A stretch of DNA of 64,000 nt, from contig CM120640.1 of the NCBI GenBank assembly GCA_051362555.1, positions 60,862,788-60,926,787 of the forward strand. The letters run 5' to 3'. The DNA is from Lingula anatina. Lineage: Eukaryota > Animalia > Brachiopoda. A program made the position numbers and the translations under genes. The notes below the pieces were generated by a model. That model was given only the letters and a program-made list of their open reading frames with translations, had not been told where the DNA came from and ran no database searches. Within the stretch, counting starts at the first letter, position 1. Every line of letters starts with the position of its first letter. Below, piece after piece: positions 63,798-64,000 of this stretch.

Positions 63798-64000
63798 GTA
63801 AGTTCTATTTCGTTCAAACATAGAACATGGTTTTGAACATGGTTTTGAAGTTACTTTTGTTGAAAGTAGGGAAACTACAGAAAGTCCAATGAGAGTAAAT
63901 GATTTTGTGAGATATTAAAATGGTTCAGCTATAGTTTGAAATATGCAAAAGGTAAAGATATTCAAAGAATAAATGTGTTTGTATTTTCATTATTTTATGA

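Overview
AT-rich, intron-containing animal (invertebrate, probably lophotrochozoan-like) genomic DNA. The main feature is a tandemly duplicated gene (7934-13098 and 28312-34200, about 94% aa identical by hand count). It encodes a ~1540-aa fusion: choline/carnitine O-acyltransferase, Ntn-hydrolase isoaspartyl peptidase/L-asparaginase, two tandem atypical HIT domains (H-x-K), and a class IIb AsnRS/AspRS-like catalytic core with no anticodon-binding domain. About 89% of the protein is on one 4.1-kb exon. It may be an aspartyl-adenylate-centred multienzyme (biosynthetic or detoxifying), possibly of horizontal origin. Downstream are a GH20 hexosaminidase D-like gene (- strand), head-to-head with DCLRE1A/SNM1A (+, 11 exons), and the 5' part of CREBRF/REPTOR (+). 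Non-coding DNA holds a decayed Tc1 element, a LINE fragment, a tRNA-SINE, Helentron/HINE-like arrays, several MITE families (some nested or palindromic) and microsatellites. Exon models were derived by eye from GT/AG sites and frame continuity; no database search was run.
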